The notes: a model not told the origin generated them from the sequence alone. Shown: positions 40,613 through 52,923, counted from the first letter of the stretch. The stretch: 64,000 nucleotides of DNA from Octopus bimaculoides (GCF_001194135.2 NC_068989.1:77581163-77645162), one strand, 5' to 3'. Program-made: numbers and translations.

Positions 40613-40860
40613 GCAATTCAATGAATAAGGAGAATAATACATCTAGACATTTTTTATTATATTCAATTCTATAGTATATTCAATTCAAATCTAACACGTA
40701 TTTCTGATACTTTGATATCTTGCAATGTGGTTTTCATTCGTAACCAGTTTATTCATCCGGTTAACAGTCTATGCAGTTTTATGCAAAGTGTTGCACACTG
40801 CTGTGGTTTGCCAGATATCCGCGCAGTAGGTATAAGTCAGACAAATTTAAATTAAGTGTA

Positions 40861-41122
40861 CCGTATACACCTTCTCCTCGACTTGCGACCGAGTTCCGTT
40901 CCGACTGACTGGTCGTATGTCGGATTTCTATTTTTAAACACTATTTTCATTCAATCACAACTAATGTTTGAAAACGACTGAGTGAGAGATAGTGGCTGGC
41001 AGTGGATGCGTGTCAGATGCTGCCCAACGTCCGAAAATCTATTTTTAAAATTTGTAATTTATTATTTATTTACTTTTTGTGGTCGTAAGTGCGGACAGTC
41101 GTACGTCGAGAAGAAGTCGACT

Positions 41123-41123
<1 letters not shown>
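40861..41123. mobile_element. Possible Tc1/pogo-type MITE, degenerate
   Basis: ta-ccgtatacaccttctcctcga..cttgcgacc versus ggtcgtaag...tcgagaagaagtcgactg-ta. Confidence 0.4.
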
Positions 41124-41167
<44 letters not shown>

Positions 41168-41865
41168 GCATGTAGTCATGCTTTATTCAACGCATTCTTT
41201 GAATTGTCTCGGATATACTCTCTCTAAACTACTTATAATGCAAAGAAATGAACCGAGGATTTACCCATCGGATGAAATATATTGGGATTATTCTTTCTGG
41301 AAGAATCCTAGGTTGTACCTTACAATTCGATGCGATTAGTCATAAATTGGATTATATTTGAGTGCTTGGATGGTNNNNNNNNNNNNNNNNNNNNNNNNNN
41401 NNNNNNNNNNNNNNNNNNNNNNNNNNNNNNNNNNNNNNNNNNNNNNNNNNNNNNNNNNNNNNNNNNNNNNNNNNNNNNNNNNNNNNNNNNNNNNNNNNNN
41501 NNNNNNNNNNNNNNNNNNNNNNNNNNNNNNNNNNNNNNNNNNNNNNNNNNNNNNNNNNNNNNNNNNNNNNNNNNNNNNNNNNNNNNNNNNNNNNNNNNNN
41601 NNNNNNNNNNNNNNNNNNNNNNNNNNNNNNNNNNNNNNNNNNNNNNNNNNNNNNNNNNNNNNNNNNNNNNNNNNNNNNNNNNNNNNNNNNNNNNNNNNNN
41701 NNNNNNNNNNNNNNNNNNNNNNNNNNNNNNNNNNNNNNNNNNNNNNNNNNNNNNNNNNNNNNNNNNNNNNNNNNNNNNNNNNNNNNNNNNNNNNNNNNNN
41801 NNNNNNNNNNNNNNNNNNNNNNNNNNNNNNNNNNNNNNNNNNNNNNNNNNNNNNNNNNNNNNNNG

Positions 41866-42155
41866 GACGCCCAAAACGTTATTTCCATGATCATCTCAAG
41901 CGGTCACTCATTGTAAGCTGTGTCCGTCTCAATCGATCGCAAGCCTTGGCAGTTAATCGGAAGAGATGGAGGATCATGTGTGACGCTGGAGTTGAGCGCT
42001 TACAAACCGAACGCCAGAGATTGCATGAAATTAAAAGGGAAATGTCTTCATCGACATTATGTGGTTATTATTTCGGGGGGTCATTTTTGTGCCCTCTGTG
42101 CCAAAGGATCTGTCTGTTTCGTATCGGTCTTGTCAGTCATGTCGCTCCCATAAGA
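41866..42155 (+). pseudogene. RTE-clade LINE, 3' end of the ORF
   Basis: GRPKRYFHDHLKRSL...LAVNRKRWR...GV...FLCPLCQRICLFRIGLVSH matches the RTE C-terminus with a Cys/His motif. Confidence 0.8.
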
Positions 42156-42920
42156 AACGTGTTGGAGATAGAGAATGGTAGATGTTCAGGATCAATACGG
42201 CCATCACCTGTGGTAAGCAAGCAAAAGCCGATAAATGAAACACCACTTCAATACATAAGTAGATACATCACTCTCTCTCTCTTTGACTCTCTCTCTCTCT
42301 CTCTCTTTGACTCTCTCTCTCTCTCTCTCTCCCCTCTCCCCCTCTCTCTCATTCTTTCTTTATTTCTTCAATCTTGCAGCTTTCAGAGCTGGAGAGGGAC
42401 GGGTTTGCTAGTCCCAAGCTCAAACATACACGCATACACTTATTCATTTCATTCCATCACGTTAATAAAATGTTCTCTCAATATCTCTTCAACAAACAAA
42501 CAAACACACACACATACAGCCGATACATTTCCACACACCATACATATTCTCTCAGATGTTTCACGAGTACTTCTGTTCTCTGTTTATCTTATTTCCTATC
42601 TCCCTTCGTTCTCCTAACGCTCAGGCTGATACAGATAATCAACCTCCCTCTCACCATCACACACCATCTTCACTTTTCTATTGTTTTCTCTTTTTCTATT
42701 TGTATCTTCTTTGATTCTATACCTCCGCCCACTATATTTCTGTCTGATCTCTCTCTCTCTCTCTCACATATATATATATAAGGGCATTCTTGTATAGAAA
42801 TGCCCTTATATAAATAAATATATTCTAGGGGATAAATAATGGCTTCTTTCCCCTATGAGGTTTTTCTCACGCTAGCTACTTGGTAAGTTCTTGTAAAAGA
42901 TCTTATCCTATTATTGAATT

Positions 42921-42956
<36 letters not shown>

Positions 42957-44347
42957 AATCACTTCTTACTCTTTCCTCATATGCATATATGAACATACAC
43001 ATGTACATCCATATAAACACAGACAAACACATGCACACACCCACACAATCACAAACGTACTTACATATGAATACTTGCCTTCCCTCTACTTCTTCCTCTC
43101 TCTTTATATATATAGATATGTATATATATACATACTTCTAATATAGGATAAAAAAATTTTCCTAAAATTTCATCAAAGTGTCCAACATATTAAAATACCT
43201 TTAAAGGTCAAATTTATATATAAAGAGAGAAAGATAAATAGATAGATCGATAGATAAATAGAGGGAGAGAGAGAGAGAGAGGGGGGAAGGCGTGACCTAG
43301 TGTTTTGGGTGTTGCGCCAAAGATCACGTGAACGTGGCTTCAATTCCTGGTTCGTTGAGTAAAACACTTCATCTCAGGCTGCTCTGCGATCATTGCGACA
43401 CCTCACTTGTGGCACGCAGTGCAGCTTATCAGGAAACGTCGATTTGCTGGCCGGAGTGAGCGGATGTGTGGCACATACTATAAGCACTCTAAACAAATTA
43501 TTTGTACAGGTCGTTCGGCAGAAACTGAACACTCATACGTCCTCTTCGAAGAAAGTTTCCATCATATAAATTATAATTTACGGTAATTAAATGTGGTTTT
43601 AGAGTCAAAGTTTGACTGCTATTTCAAGCACGGTGGTACCTCTTAGATAAAAAAAATTATAATTTTTGTAATAATTGTCACCTTTGAGGTTTTTATTCCC
43701 ATGCTGGTCGCTTGATAAGATCGCTATTTTTAAATAACAATCTTATATATATATGTCAATAGATATCTTCCACAACTCAATATGAAGACATAATATAATA
43801 CAGAACACTACTAACCTTTCAGTTAATACCACTAACCCCCATTCATCCCATACACATTACATTATTATATCTACCCTAACTGCACCAAATCCAGAACTAC
43901 CTACCTCCCTTACACAATCTTTTTACTCAGGAACTAGTACACCCGACACCGTTCGGTAATTGGTGCGCATTCAAAGCCAGTGAACAGTAATTTTACGAAA
44001 CCCGTATGCCTTTGAATCTCTTTAACAATTCACAATATTGACTTTTATTACTTTTATTCCTACCTCAGTTCATCTAATTCTATATATCTATCATTACTTT
44101 TCACAAAAAGCCTTTACTTTTTTTTTGTTTTTGATTTTCAATGTGCATTTTCCTTTTCTTCTTACTTTCTCCTTACATTTCCACGTGTAGTTTCTATTTA
44201 TTTTTTTGTAACATATTTCTATTACATATATATATACACGCACATACACACATGTGGGTACAGGACGTAACCAACGATGCAAATAACATGAAATACGTAA
44301 ACAAACGAGGGGAAACCGAGTGAAATATGTAAACGAGGAAAATGGAA

Positions 44348-44403
<56 letters not shown>

Positions 44404-44569
44404 TTATATATGTGTGTATGTATGTGTGTGCATAATCTAATTAGGATGAAATTAAATGAAACATATCTGTATTGGTCTGTATGTGTCTGTGTACGCACAC
44501 ACATATATAGAGAAACCATTACAGATACATATTTCATTTAATTTCATTCTAATTAGATTATGCTTTAGC

Positions 44570-44900
44570 TTTTACCTGTCTCTGTTACTTGCTACTCCAA
44601 TTAGTCATCACCATTCTTCAGTTCCCTGTCGTCTCATTTTATCCATGCCAGTGCCAATGACTGAACTCCACGTCTCCTCCTGCTTTTGTCCCTCTCTCCG
44701 TCTGCTGTCAAATAAATTTGACCAATAGATGTTGACACCTCTGTCTCAGAGTGTCAAAATCAGAAGCAAACATAGCGAGGAAGCTGATGAATACTAATAG
44801 TGAGTATATTCAAGTTTTGGTAGACATAGACGCCAATATGCTTTCGCAGCTGGATTTCGTCGTCGTAGGCTAACTTCACCGTCCAGAAGATATGTTTGAC
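44570..44900 (-). pseudogene. Very degenerate RTE-like LINE relic
   Basis: ...KHIFW... and GQKQEETWSSVI...ASNRDR resemble GRPKETWRRT...A.NR..W. Confidence 0.35.
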
Positions 44901-45399
44901 AAGATTACGTATTTTGACAACAGACATTGACAGAAGGTAAAAGTGATTCTCCGAGCACAACAAACATTCAAACGAGACAAGTAAATTTATCCTGGCAGAA
45001 TGTGTTAAGAATGAGTAAAACCAGGAACTGAAAAGTTCCTGGTTTTAAGAGTGTCGCGAAAGGCCTGGCTGGAGATCCAATCTTACGTGCTCTTTTGCAG
45101 GGTGAATTTGAGAGGAGAATATTTTGAATAAAATCATAATTAATTGACCCTCCTATATTTTCTTTTACCAGGAACTTTCAGCTCTCTCGTACATACCATT
45201 GTTTTGATTCTCCCTAATATTTGTAGTTATAATGATGAAAGCTATATATGTTCTTGCTTCCCAACTACAAGGTTCCAGTTTCAGTTCCACTGCGTTGCAC
45301 CTTCGGATAGTATGTCTTCTAATATAGCCTCCAGTCGACCAAAGCATTGTGGGTGGATTTGGCAGTAGGAATCTGATAGAAGCCCACCGTATGTGTGTT

Positions 45400-45456
<57 letters not shown>

Positions 45457-45462
<6 letters not shown>

Positions 45463-45753
45463 TTTAAAAGAGTTCCAACACTGTCTGTTTTTTATGTTTT
45501 ATTTATATTCCTGCAAAACCAATGTGGGATATAGAATATGGAATATACAATATATAATATAATATACAATATATAATATAAAATAAAAATGGATGGTACA
45601 ATGAAATAAAGTATTGAATGTCTTATTGAGTATATGGAATATGTCTTATTGAATAGATGAAATATTGAGTGTTCAATATAAAGGACTAAATATATATAAA
45701 GGCGAATAGGTATTTTCTATAACTTGTGGTATTTCATCATGGCCGGTATGACA
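45457..45753 (-). mobile_element. AT-rich repeat with hammerhead-like motif, copy 2
   Basis: Close match to 5071-5363 outside the motif. Confidence 0.7.
45701..45744 (-). ncRNA. Hammerhead-like motif, variant copy
   Basis: GGC-C-A-UGAUGA-AAUACC(ACAA)GUUAUA-GAA-AAUA(CC)UAUU-C-GCC; helix III 4/4 paired, helix II 4/6 paired. Confidence 0.45.
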
Positions 45754-46015
45754 TGTATGTATTTGTTTATCCGTGTTTGTCCCCCACAATCACTTGGCAA
45801 GCGATGTTGGTGTGTTGACATCACGGTAACTTAGCAGTTTGTCAAAACGGGCCGATGGAATGAGTATTAGGCTTACAAAAAATAAGTCATGGGATCATTT
45901 ATTCGACTAAAGGCGTTGCTTCAGCATGGCCGCAGTCAAATGACTGACAAAAGTAAAAGACAAAAAGATACATACATACATACATACATACATACACACA
46001 TATATATATACATAT

Positions 46016-46050
<35 letters not shown>

Positions 46051-46959
46051 ATATAATGAATAATAAATAACACACACACACACGTGTGTGCATGCACATA
46101 TAGGTACAAGACGTCACCAGCGGTGCAAATAATATTAAACACGTAAGCAAACGATGGAAAAATGAGTGAAATACGTAAACAACGAGAAAAAAATGAAAAG
46201 CAGGACAAGTTAACACAGAGAAAGGACCCTTCCTCACTTGTCGGCTGTCTATCTACTCCTCATTTGGAGCATTCAACGACAATATGAGTCTTCACATCCA
46301 CACACAAATAGCAGCCACATCTGCTTTAAATCTCGCCTATACATCTTAATAAGATAAGAAAACATTATTGCTCAGGTTACACTGCTCTTGAAAAGGGAGT
46401 GGGTTGAAATGATCACGAACAAGGCATAATTTTGATCAATCAAGGTTGTCTTGGTGGTTAACTAACAAATACTGCCACCATGTTTGCGTGGATATATAAC
46501 CTATCTATGCTACCATCTACGAAAATAGGTAAAACAAGAGCGAAGAGCCAAAAGAGGTGAGTCATGGTACATGTCGGTTTGACATAATGAGTAACGAGTA
46601 CCTTTGAACCTGGGCTTTGCATAAGGTTATGAAGAGTTCGACCTATGCTCGTGGAAGTAGCAGCCTAACTGACCTGCTTAAGAAAGTATCAGCAAAACTG
46701 CACACTGTTACTGACCTGCTTATATTATAATCGCCAAAATCTGACGTGGTTATCGGTAAATAATCAGTATGTCACGCCCGTAGTAATAATTGTGTTTTGT
46801 TGCACTTCTCATGCATTTGACCTCTGGGTTCAGAAGGCAATGTGGTCTCTTTTGATGACGCAATTCAGTCCGCTCTTAAATAATCTTGTTCTGAAAATAT
46901 GGAATTATAATATGTTGAAAAAACTTGCATTGGCTCAACAGTTCTTGTAGCTGAACTGT

Positions 46960-47120
46960 TTGGCCCCAGATCCGGGAAATGTACAAACAGGTTACATCCG
47001 GAACCCATCCCGTCTGTGTTTTACAGAACGGTAAGCTAGGGATATTTTCCAATGTATACTTGTCGTTTTAAGACGTCATTATGTCAGTTAAGGGAAATTT
47101 AGCTGCTAATATTTGCTAGT
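46960..47120 (-). mobile_element. Repeat family E copy (another diverged copy at ~46290-46460, + strand)
   Basis: ttggccccagatc...acccatcccgtc...gggaaatttagctgct..tttgctag. Confidence 0.5.
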
Positions 47121-47133
47121 CAGATAATAACAG

Positions 47134-47350
47134 GGCGGCGAGCTGGCAGAATCGTTAGCACGCCGGGCGAAATGCTTAGCGGTATTTCGTCTGCTGTTAC
47201 GTTCTGAGTTCAAATCCGGTGAGGTCGACTTTGCCTTTCATCCTTTCGGGTCGATTAAATAAGTACCAGTTACGCACTAGGGTCAGTGTAATCGATTAAA
47301 CCCTTTGTTTGTCCCCCTCTATTTTTAGCCCCTTGTGGGCAATAAAGAAT
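47134..47350 (+). mobile_element. Nin/Deu-like SINE, full monomer
   Basis: ggcggcgagctggcagaatcgttagcacgccgggcg...gcctttcatcctttcggg...gccccttgtgggcaataaagaa. Confidence 0.9.
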
Positions 47351-47584
47351 TAAAGATTTGCTAGTCAATTGACGCATTGAAGTTTCCTCATCGATTCTTC
47401 ATCATCAGTTAGCAAATGTTATTAATCTCTATTGAGTCAGAGTCACTCCGTAGTTTCATAGCGACAGAGAAAGAAAGAAAGAGATAGAGTGAGAGGGAGA
47501 GAAAGAGAGAGAGAGAATGTAAGTGTGTATGTATGTGTGTGTGTTAGGAGTGTTGTAAACTAACGTCGCATTTCATACAGTGAG

Positions 47585-48210
47585 TTCAAATCAGCATAAA
47601 CATATCGTAAATACGTTTTTCATTCCAAATATAATCGCCCACATGTTTCCTTCTTGAAACCAGTGTTCTGATTCATCGAGAAAAAAATTAGGTTCTTTAG
47701 AAGGGAAAAATGTTCAGGATGACTTTTCGACTTCGTCCCTGTTATCGAGTGATTTTTCCACTGGTAAAGTGTTTAAAAGACCTAAATAAACGAAAATCTG
47801 ACTGTGCTAGGGTCTGTTGATGGAAGATAAGGTAGAACTTCCTAAACTAATGAATTTATCTTTTCCTGGGTTATCTTGTAGAACCCACTGCTTTATTATC
47901 AACGGACAACGCATGACATATCTACCTCCCACCTACAAACATTTTTTTTCCAATCCGTGTGAGATGATCTTGCACAGTGGACCAGATATTATTAAGCCTC
48001 AAAGATAAGTCCCCAATATCTTGATACGGATCCTCTTCAGTTGCTGATTTCACTGTTTTATAATGGAGAACCGTTCTTTTACCTGATTGATATCCATCCA
48101 AAAATTAAAAATTACTGTTTTTGAATTTTCTAAACCACGAGAGCCTCATCGAATCATCGCACCACCAGGCTGTACAGAACAAATTTTCAATTGCTCATTT
48201 TGCCTTGTTG
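47585..48210 (-). pseudogene. mariner transposase relic, internally deleted
   Basis: ...EEDPY...LRLNNIWSTVQDHLTRIGKK (HTH) and DLAQSDFRLFRSF (degenerate SPDLAPSDF.LF). Confidence 0.7.
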
Positions 48211-48247
48211 CTCTTATGAAATTTGTAAAGTATGCAATACCGAATAT

Positions 48248-48306
48248 ACTGGTAGTGAACAGCTGACACTGTAGTACATCTCCAGCGTTAGAAACTGTGC
48301 AAAGGC
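48248..48306 (+). mobile_element. R4/Dong-like 3' UTR fragment
   Basis: Matches 12392-12450 (actggtagtgaacag.tgacactgta.tacatctccagcgttagaa.ctgtgcaaa). Confidence 0.7.
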
Positions 48307-48362
48307 AATAATAATATCGAAAAATACCTTAGGAATGAGAACCCAGGTTCGAAATCTCCCAA

Positions 48363-48408
48363 GACACCTGATGAAGGCTGGAGGGTATATCAGCCAAAAC
48401 GTTGTATT
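48363..48408 (+). ncRNA. Minimal type I hammerhead, copy 1 (G12 mutated to A)
   Basis: GACAC-CUGAUGA-A-GGCUG(loop)CAGCC-aAA-ACGU-U-GUAUU. Confidence 0.7.
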
Positions 48409-48508
48409 AGCAACAAACAAGATGAGGACAAATATCCGTCAAATGTAAATAATGTACATAATTCCTCATCTCTTAAATATAGAACTCTATTTTAAAAAAA
48501 AAGTCCAC

Positions 48509-48583
48509 GAGCATATGACGTAGTGGTTAAGAGTGCGAGATACTAACCCCATGATTCCGAGTTCGATTCCAGGCAGTGACCTG
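48509..48583 (+). promoter_or_regulatory. tRNA-derived Pol III internal promoter (SINE-type head)
   Basis: A box tgacgtagtggttaa (48516-48530), B box gttcgattcc (48561-48570), anticodon-like loop tactaa. Confidence 0.75.
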
Positions 48584-48670
48584 AATAATAACAACAATAA
48601 TATTAACAATAATAATAATAAATTCGAAAAATACCTTAGGAATGAGAACCCAGTTTCGAAATTTCCCGAA

Positions 48671-48716
48671 GACATCTGATGAAGGCTGGAGTGTATATCA
48701 GCCGAAACGTTGTGTT
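48671..48716 (+). ncRNA. Minimal type I hammerhead, copy 2 (core intact)
   Basis: GACAU-CUGAUGA-A-GGCUG(GAGUGUAUAU)CAGCC-GAA-ACGU-U-GUGUU; predicted cleavage after U48711. Confidence 0.8.
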
Positions 48717-48767
48717 AACTACAAACAAGATGAGGACAAATATCCGTCAAATGTAAATAATGTAAAT

Positions 48768-50200
48768 AGTTTTCCCTATTTTCTTCCACGTGCCGGTGTA
48801 AATGATTGAAATTTCACAACCAGTATCCAGTTGTAATCTAGCATTTACTTCGTTTACTTCCACGTGTACAAATTTCCTTATTTGGGAGTCGATTTTACTT
48901 TCTGCTGAGAGCACTTTACAATTTTTTTAAAATATGACCTCTGTAATTTTGTTCTGCAGTGTGAACTCTTGTGTTCAAATTCTTGACAACTGTAACACTT
49001 TTAGTTTTTAAAAGGACAATCTTTTCTGAAATGTTGGCCACCACATCCGTAACATGGATTAAGACCTCGCAATCTTCTTTGGTTATATTTTCTCGGTCGA
49101 CATATCTGTATTTTTGCGAAATCCTTTTTCTTGAATTTTTCTTACATCGTGTTCCAGGTTTACCATTCGTTGATACTCTTCTGCAACAGTCTAAATCTTG
49201 GTTCGCTTGTTCAAGTTCTGAAAGAATTCTTGTCCGTATTTCTGTATCTTCATATGAAGTAAGGCCTTGCACAAAAATGAAGCATTTAAACACATCAGGA
49301 GTAAGTTTTTAAGTTCAAAATTTTCACACATTCTGATGACTGTTCCTGCATACGTAATAAAGTCATCATCCTCTTTTTTAGTGAAATTCCAACACTCCAT
49401 TCGAGTGTGAAATAGAGAATTTTTATCGCTGAATATGTTAGACAGTAATTTGATTGTTTCCTGAAATCAAATTTCACTACACTTTTGTGGGCAATATGAA
49501 ATTACAGTATCTTTTTATGTTCAGATGGAGCTAATTAACGTAATAATAACCTTACGTTTTCTTCGGAATAATAACCTTACTTTTTCTTCGTCTGACCATA
49601 TCTTGTAATCTTCCTTAAAAATATCCTCGTACCTTCAGTAGTACGCTGCAAAAGATATGCCCTCCTCTCGGTTATAATTGAATTCTGTTATGATATCCGG
49701 TACGCCGTCTGGCGAAAACGAACTTATCGCATTTTCGGACTTCTTTGCGTATAGATACATTGATTATTGTTGTTGTTGTACTAGTTATTTCTGCTACTCT
49801 TATTGCTGTTCATGCTGTTGCTTTTATATTATTGAAGCTAATAGGTCTTTCAGCATTTAACAAGTTATATCATGAGCAAATTATTAAATGTCTTACGTGA
49901 GCTTCGAATTCCTCGTCGTCAGATTTTCTATCCTCCGCCTCCAGTGTCATAGTACCGCCACGATATTGTGCGGATGGTTTAGATACACTGTACCAGTGTT
50001 ATAACGATAAACAAGATAATGATGCAGTTATAATAACAACGTAACGAACCAACAATCTCTTCACGAACCAACAATCAATATTCCAAACGAACAAATCAAA
50101 CGACACCTTCCGATTTCATTACGAACTCAATTCGAACTAACGCACAAACTTCACTCCGACCGCAACTGTTTCTCGCAAGGGGGCGTCGTGACTCATCACA
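48768..50200 (-). mobile_element. Ty3/gypsy LTR retrotransposon relic: 5' LTR (49927-50200), PBS (49910-49921), gag, protease
   Basis: LTR begins TGTGATG; PBS TGACGACGAGGA (TGGCGACGAGG type); gag EFNYNREEGISFAAYY, FKCFIFVQGL...EIRTRILSELEQ; protease LQLDTG (48819-48827) then ISII...TWKKIG. Confidence 0.85.
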
Positions 50201-50288
50201 ATGTATAATACATACATATATATACATACATGCATGCATACATACATACATATATATACATACATGCATGCATACATACATACATACA

Positions 50289-50680
50289 AGCGTGGCTGTG
50301 TGGTAAAAAGTTTGCTTCCCAACAACATGGTTCTGAGCTCAGTCTCACTGCGTGGCACCTTGAGCAAGTGTCTTTTACTATAGCCTCGGGCCGACGAAAG
50401 CCTTATGAGTGGATATGATAGACGGAAACTGAAAGAAGCTCGTCGTGTATATACATATGTATATATATTTAAGTGTGTGTCTTTGTGTCAGTGTTCGCCC
50501 ATCCACCACAACCAATGTTGGTGTGTTTATGTTCCCAAAACATAGCAGTTCGGCAAAAGAGGCTAATAGAATAACTAGTAGGCTTACAAAGAATAAGTCC
50601 TAGGTTGATTTGTTTGACTAAAGGCTGTGTTCCAGCATAACCGCAGTGAAATGACTGAAACGTGTAAAAGAGTAAAAGAG
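50289..50680 (+). mobile_element. SINE family A, full copy
   Basis: Both halves present. Confidence 0.85.
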
Positions 50681-51695
50681 AACATATGTGTGTGTGTGTG
50701 TGTTTTGGTTTTGTATCAACGCACGTCAAGTTTCCCCCAACCGATGAATAGTGTAAATTATTGCAATCATGACAATACTGCCTTATTTTCTTGCACTGTG
50801 TTGGCAGGATCACTTTTTAAGAAATGATACCTTCTTCAATAAGGCAATAGTCTGTGATTTTCAGGTGTATTTAACGTCTATTTTTAGCAGGGTGATATTT
50901 TCTTCGTCATTTTGCTTACATGCTACACTTAGTTACCAACACATGTGGAAGATAGGTTAGGTGTTCTTCGGTAGAGTCTTGCGATTAAATGCTAGTGTTG
51001 TAGTATTTTGCAATTTTGTTGATGTAACCGTATAAATATGAAGTACTTACGTTTGTTTCTTAATCCCTCAGGGACGAAACAATCTCAAAGCAAATACAAT
51101 GAGAAAGATATGACAACAGCATGGGTGGGAAATAGGAGGCAAAATATAAAAAAACTAAATCAGGAAGGAGAAATAGTGTGTTTTGTTGTATACGAGGTTG
51201 GGTAGGAGGAGAATATGAATACTGAAATAAATTCTGACACATGACAGGTAGGTCAGCTGGAGACATACAGCTCGACAGATTGTACACGTACCCGTATATA
51301 TACATATATAGATAGAACTCCGTCGTTTTCGGTGATAGTGATCCAGTCGATAGCTCAGCTGTATAAACTGTATATTGAATTAGCATGCAAGTAGCTGAAT
51401 ATATCGTAGACACATATACTTTCTATGTAGTTCTAAGTCAGAATCAGAGTGATAGACTACATGACAAGGCTGTACATTTAAATAAGGGATATCATATATT
51501 CGACGGACTTCTATACAGTTTTCGCTTGTCCCAAATTATTCACAAGACATCGTCAGAGTGAAGTTTTAGAAACTTTATTTTAGCCAGGAAGCCATGCAGG
51601 AGGATCCAACCAAAGGATCGTGGTTGCAAAGAAAATTTATAAGCCTTTAGAGCATGTGATATACACAACACGCCCGCACACTCACACAGATATGC

Positions 51696-51740
<45 letters not shown>

Positions 51741-51825
51741 TGTGTGTGTGTGTGTGTGTATGTGCATTTGTTTACGCATAAATATACACACTGACATATA
51801 TATATATATAATATATATATATATA

Positions 51826-51871
51826 CAGGGTGTCCACAAAGTCTGGGTACATAGGGATTAACACATAATTT
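51826..51871. mobile_element. End of a Tc1/mariner-type MITE (same family as 57545-57759), running into an N-gap
   Basis: TA-cagggtgtccacaaagtctgggtacatagggattaacacata matches the reverse complement of 57717-57759. Confidence 0.75.
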
Positions 51872-52171
51872 NNNNNNNNNNNNNNNNNNNNNNNNNNNNN
51901 NNNNNNNNNNNNNNNNNNNNNNNNNNNNNNNNNNNNNNNNNNNNNNNNNNNNNNNNNNNNNNNNNNNNNNNNNNNNNNNNNNNNNNNNNNNNNNNNNNNN
52001 NNNNNNNNNNNNNNNNNNNNNNNNNNNNNNNNNNNNNNNNNNNNNNNNNNNNNNNNNNNNNNNNNNNNNNNNNNNNNNNNNNNNNNNNNNNNNNNNNNNN
52101 NNNNNNNNNNNNNNNNNNNNNNNNNGGTACATAAATTACATAAAAATATCTTGAGATACTAAAGAGTAAAT

Positions 52172-52923
52172 TTATTCTATAAAATCGCTACTGGCTTCAA
52201 CTATGGCCTCCAGACGACTTCGGAATCTCCTGCAACTTTTCTGGACGATCTCCTTGTTTAGGTTGGTGAATGCTGCAGTAATCGTTGACTTCAGTTCATC
52301 ATTGGTGTTACAAGGAGTTTTGTTGGTCTCTCGATGAACTGCGCTTCACACATAATAATCAATGGGGTTGCATTCTGGGGAGTTAGGTGGCCAGATGCTA
52401 GAGGTGGTGTGTTCGCAAAAATTGTCTGACAACCTGACTGGGTTCTGCTGCTTGTGTGGCATGGTGCAGAGTCTTGTTGCCAGACACAAGACCTAGCAGC
52501 CACCTTCTTGACTCAAAGCAGCACTACCTACTCCAGACACTAGCCGTAGGCCTCCGTGTTGAGTCTGAGTGCGTATGAGAAAATGAATGAGGCATAACGT
52601 TACATTACTAGCGATCACTCCAAACACTATGCTGTTGAATGGATGTTTTTTTAAATCTCGGTACATGTTTTGGGGACACAGCAAGCCAAGCGTTTTTCTG
52701 TGTGTTCACCATCTGTTTGTGCTGGAGCTTTCGGCGCGAATACCAAGAAGTACAGTATGTCGTTTCTAAATTTCTATTAGAGTGAATTGGGTCATGGTGC
52801 TGTTTTTTTCTCTCAGACGGTGCACAACTGACCTTACCATACCGTGTCGTCGATAAAAAACAAACAATGAGCATGTGCGAAATTCAGAATATACAATGGC
52901 GACAATTTACTCATCCTACCCTG
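52172..52923 (-). mobile_element. Internally deleted maT/DD37D-like transposon with 5' TIR
   Basis: TA-CAGGGTAGG TIR at 52923; MTQFTLIEI*KRHTVLLGIRA start at 52795; QMVNTQ.N.WLA.SP, MVFGV-like, VWQQDSAPCHTS, WPPNSP.CNP.DY, FIE*. Confidence 0.85.

Larger units (their letters stand above)
45250..45965 (+). mobile_element. SINE family A whose central (TA)n carries the hammerhead-like repeat (45457-45753)
   Basis: 5' half 45250-45390, 3' half 45760-45965. Confidence 0.7.
48317..48764 (+). mobile_element. Retrozyme-like element: two ~140-bp direct repeats (48317-48456, 48624-48764), each with a hammerhead, flanking a tRNA-like head
   Basis: Direct repeats with 308-bp period; tRNA-like A and B boxes and (AAT)n in the unique middle. 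Confidence 0.85.

Noticed and set aside
41330-41870. Idea that the RTE ORF runs contiguously across the N-gap at 41375-41865
   Set aside because: Upstream similarity (…IIF..LDG or IILSGRILG) is too weak to fix a register.
44780-44815. CUGAUGA followed by an AUAC/GUAU stem
   Set aside because: No GAAA follows; lies within the RTE-like relic.
47015-47040. ttttacag-aacg-gtaagc apparent 4-nt micro-exon
   Set aside because: Lies inside a family E repeat copy.
47375-47415. Minus-strand CUGAUGA...GAAAC...GUC
   Set aside because: Helices I and II cannot form in the required register.
48971-49312. 113-aa + strand ORF
   Set aside because: Antisense shadow of the gypsy gag relic.
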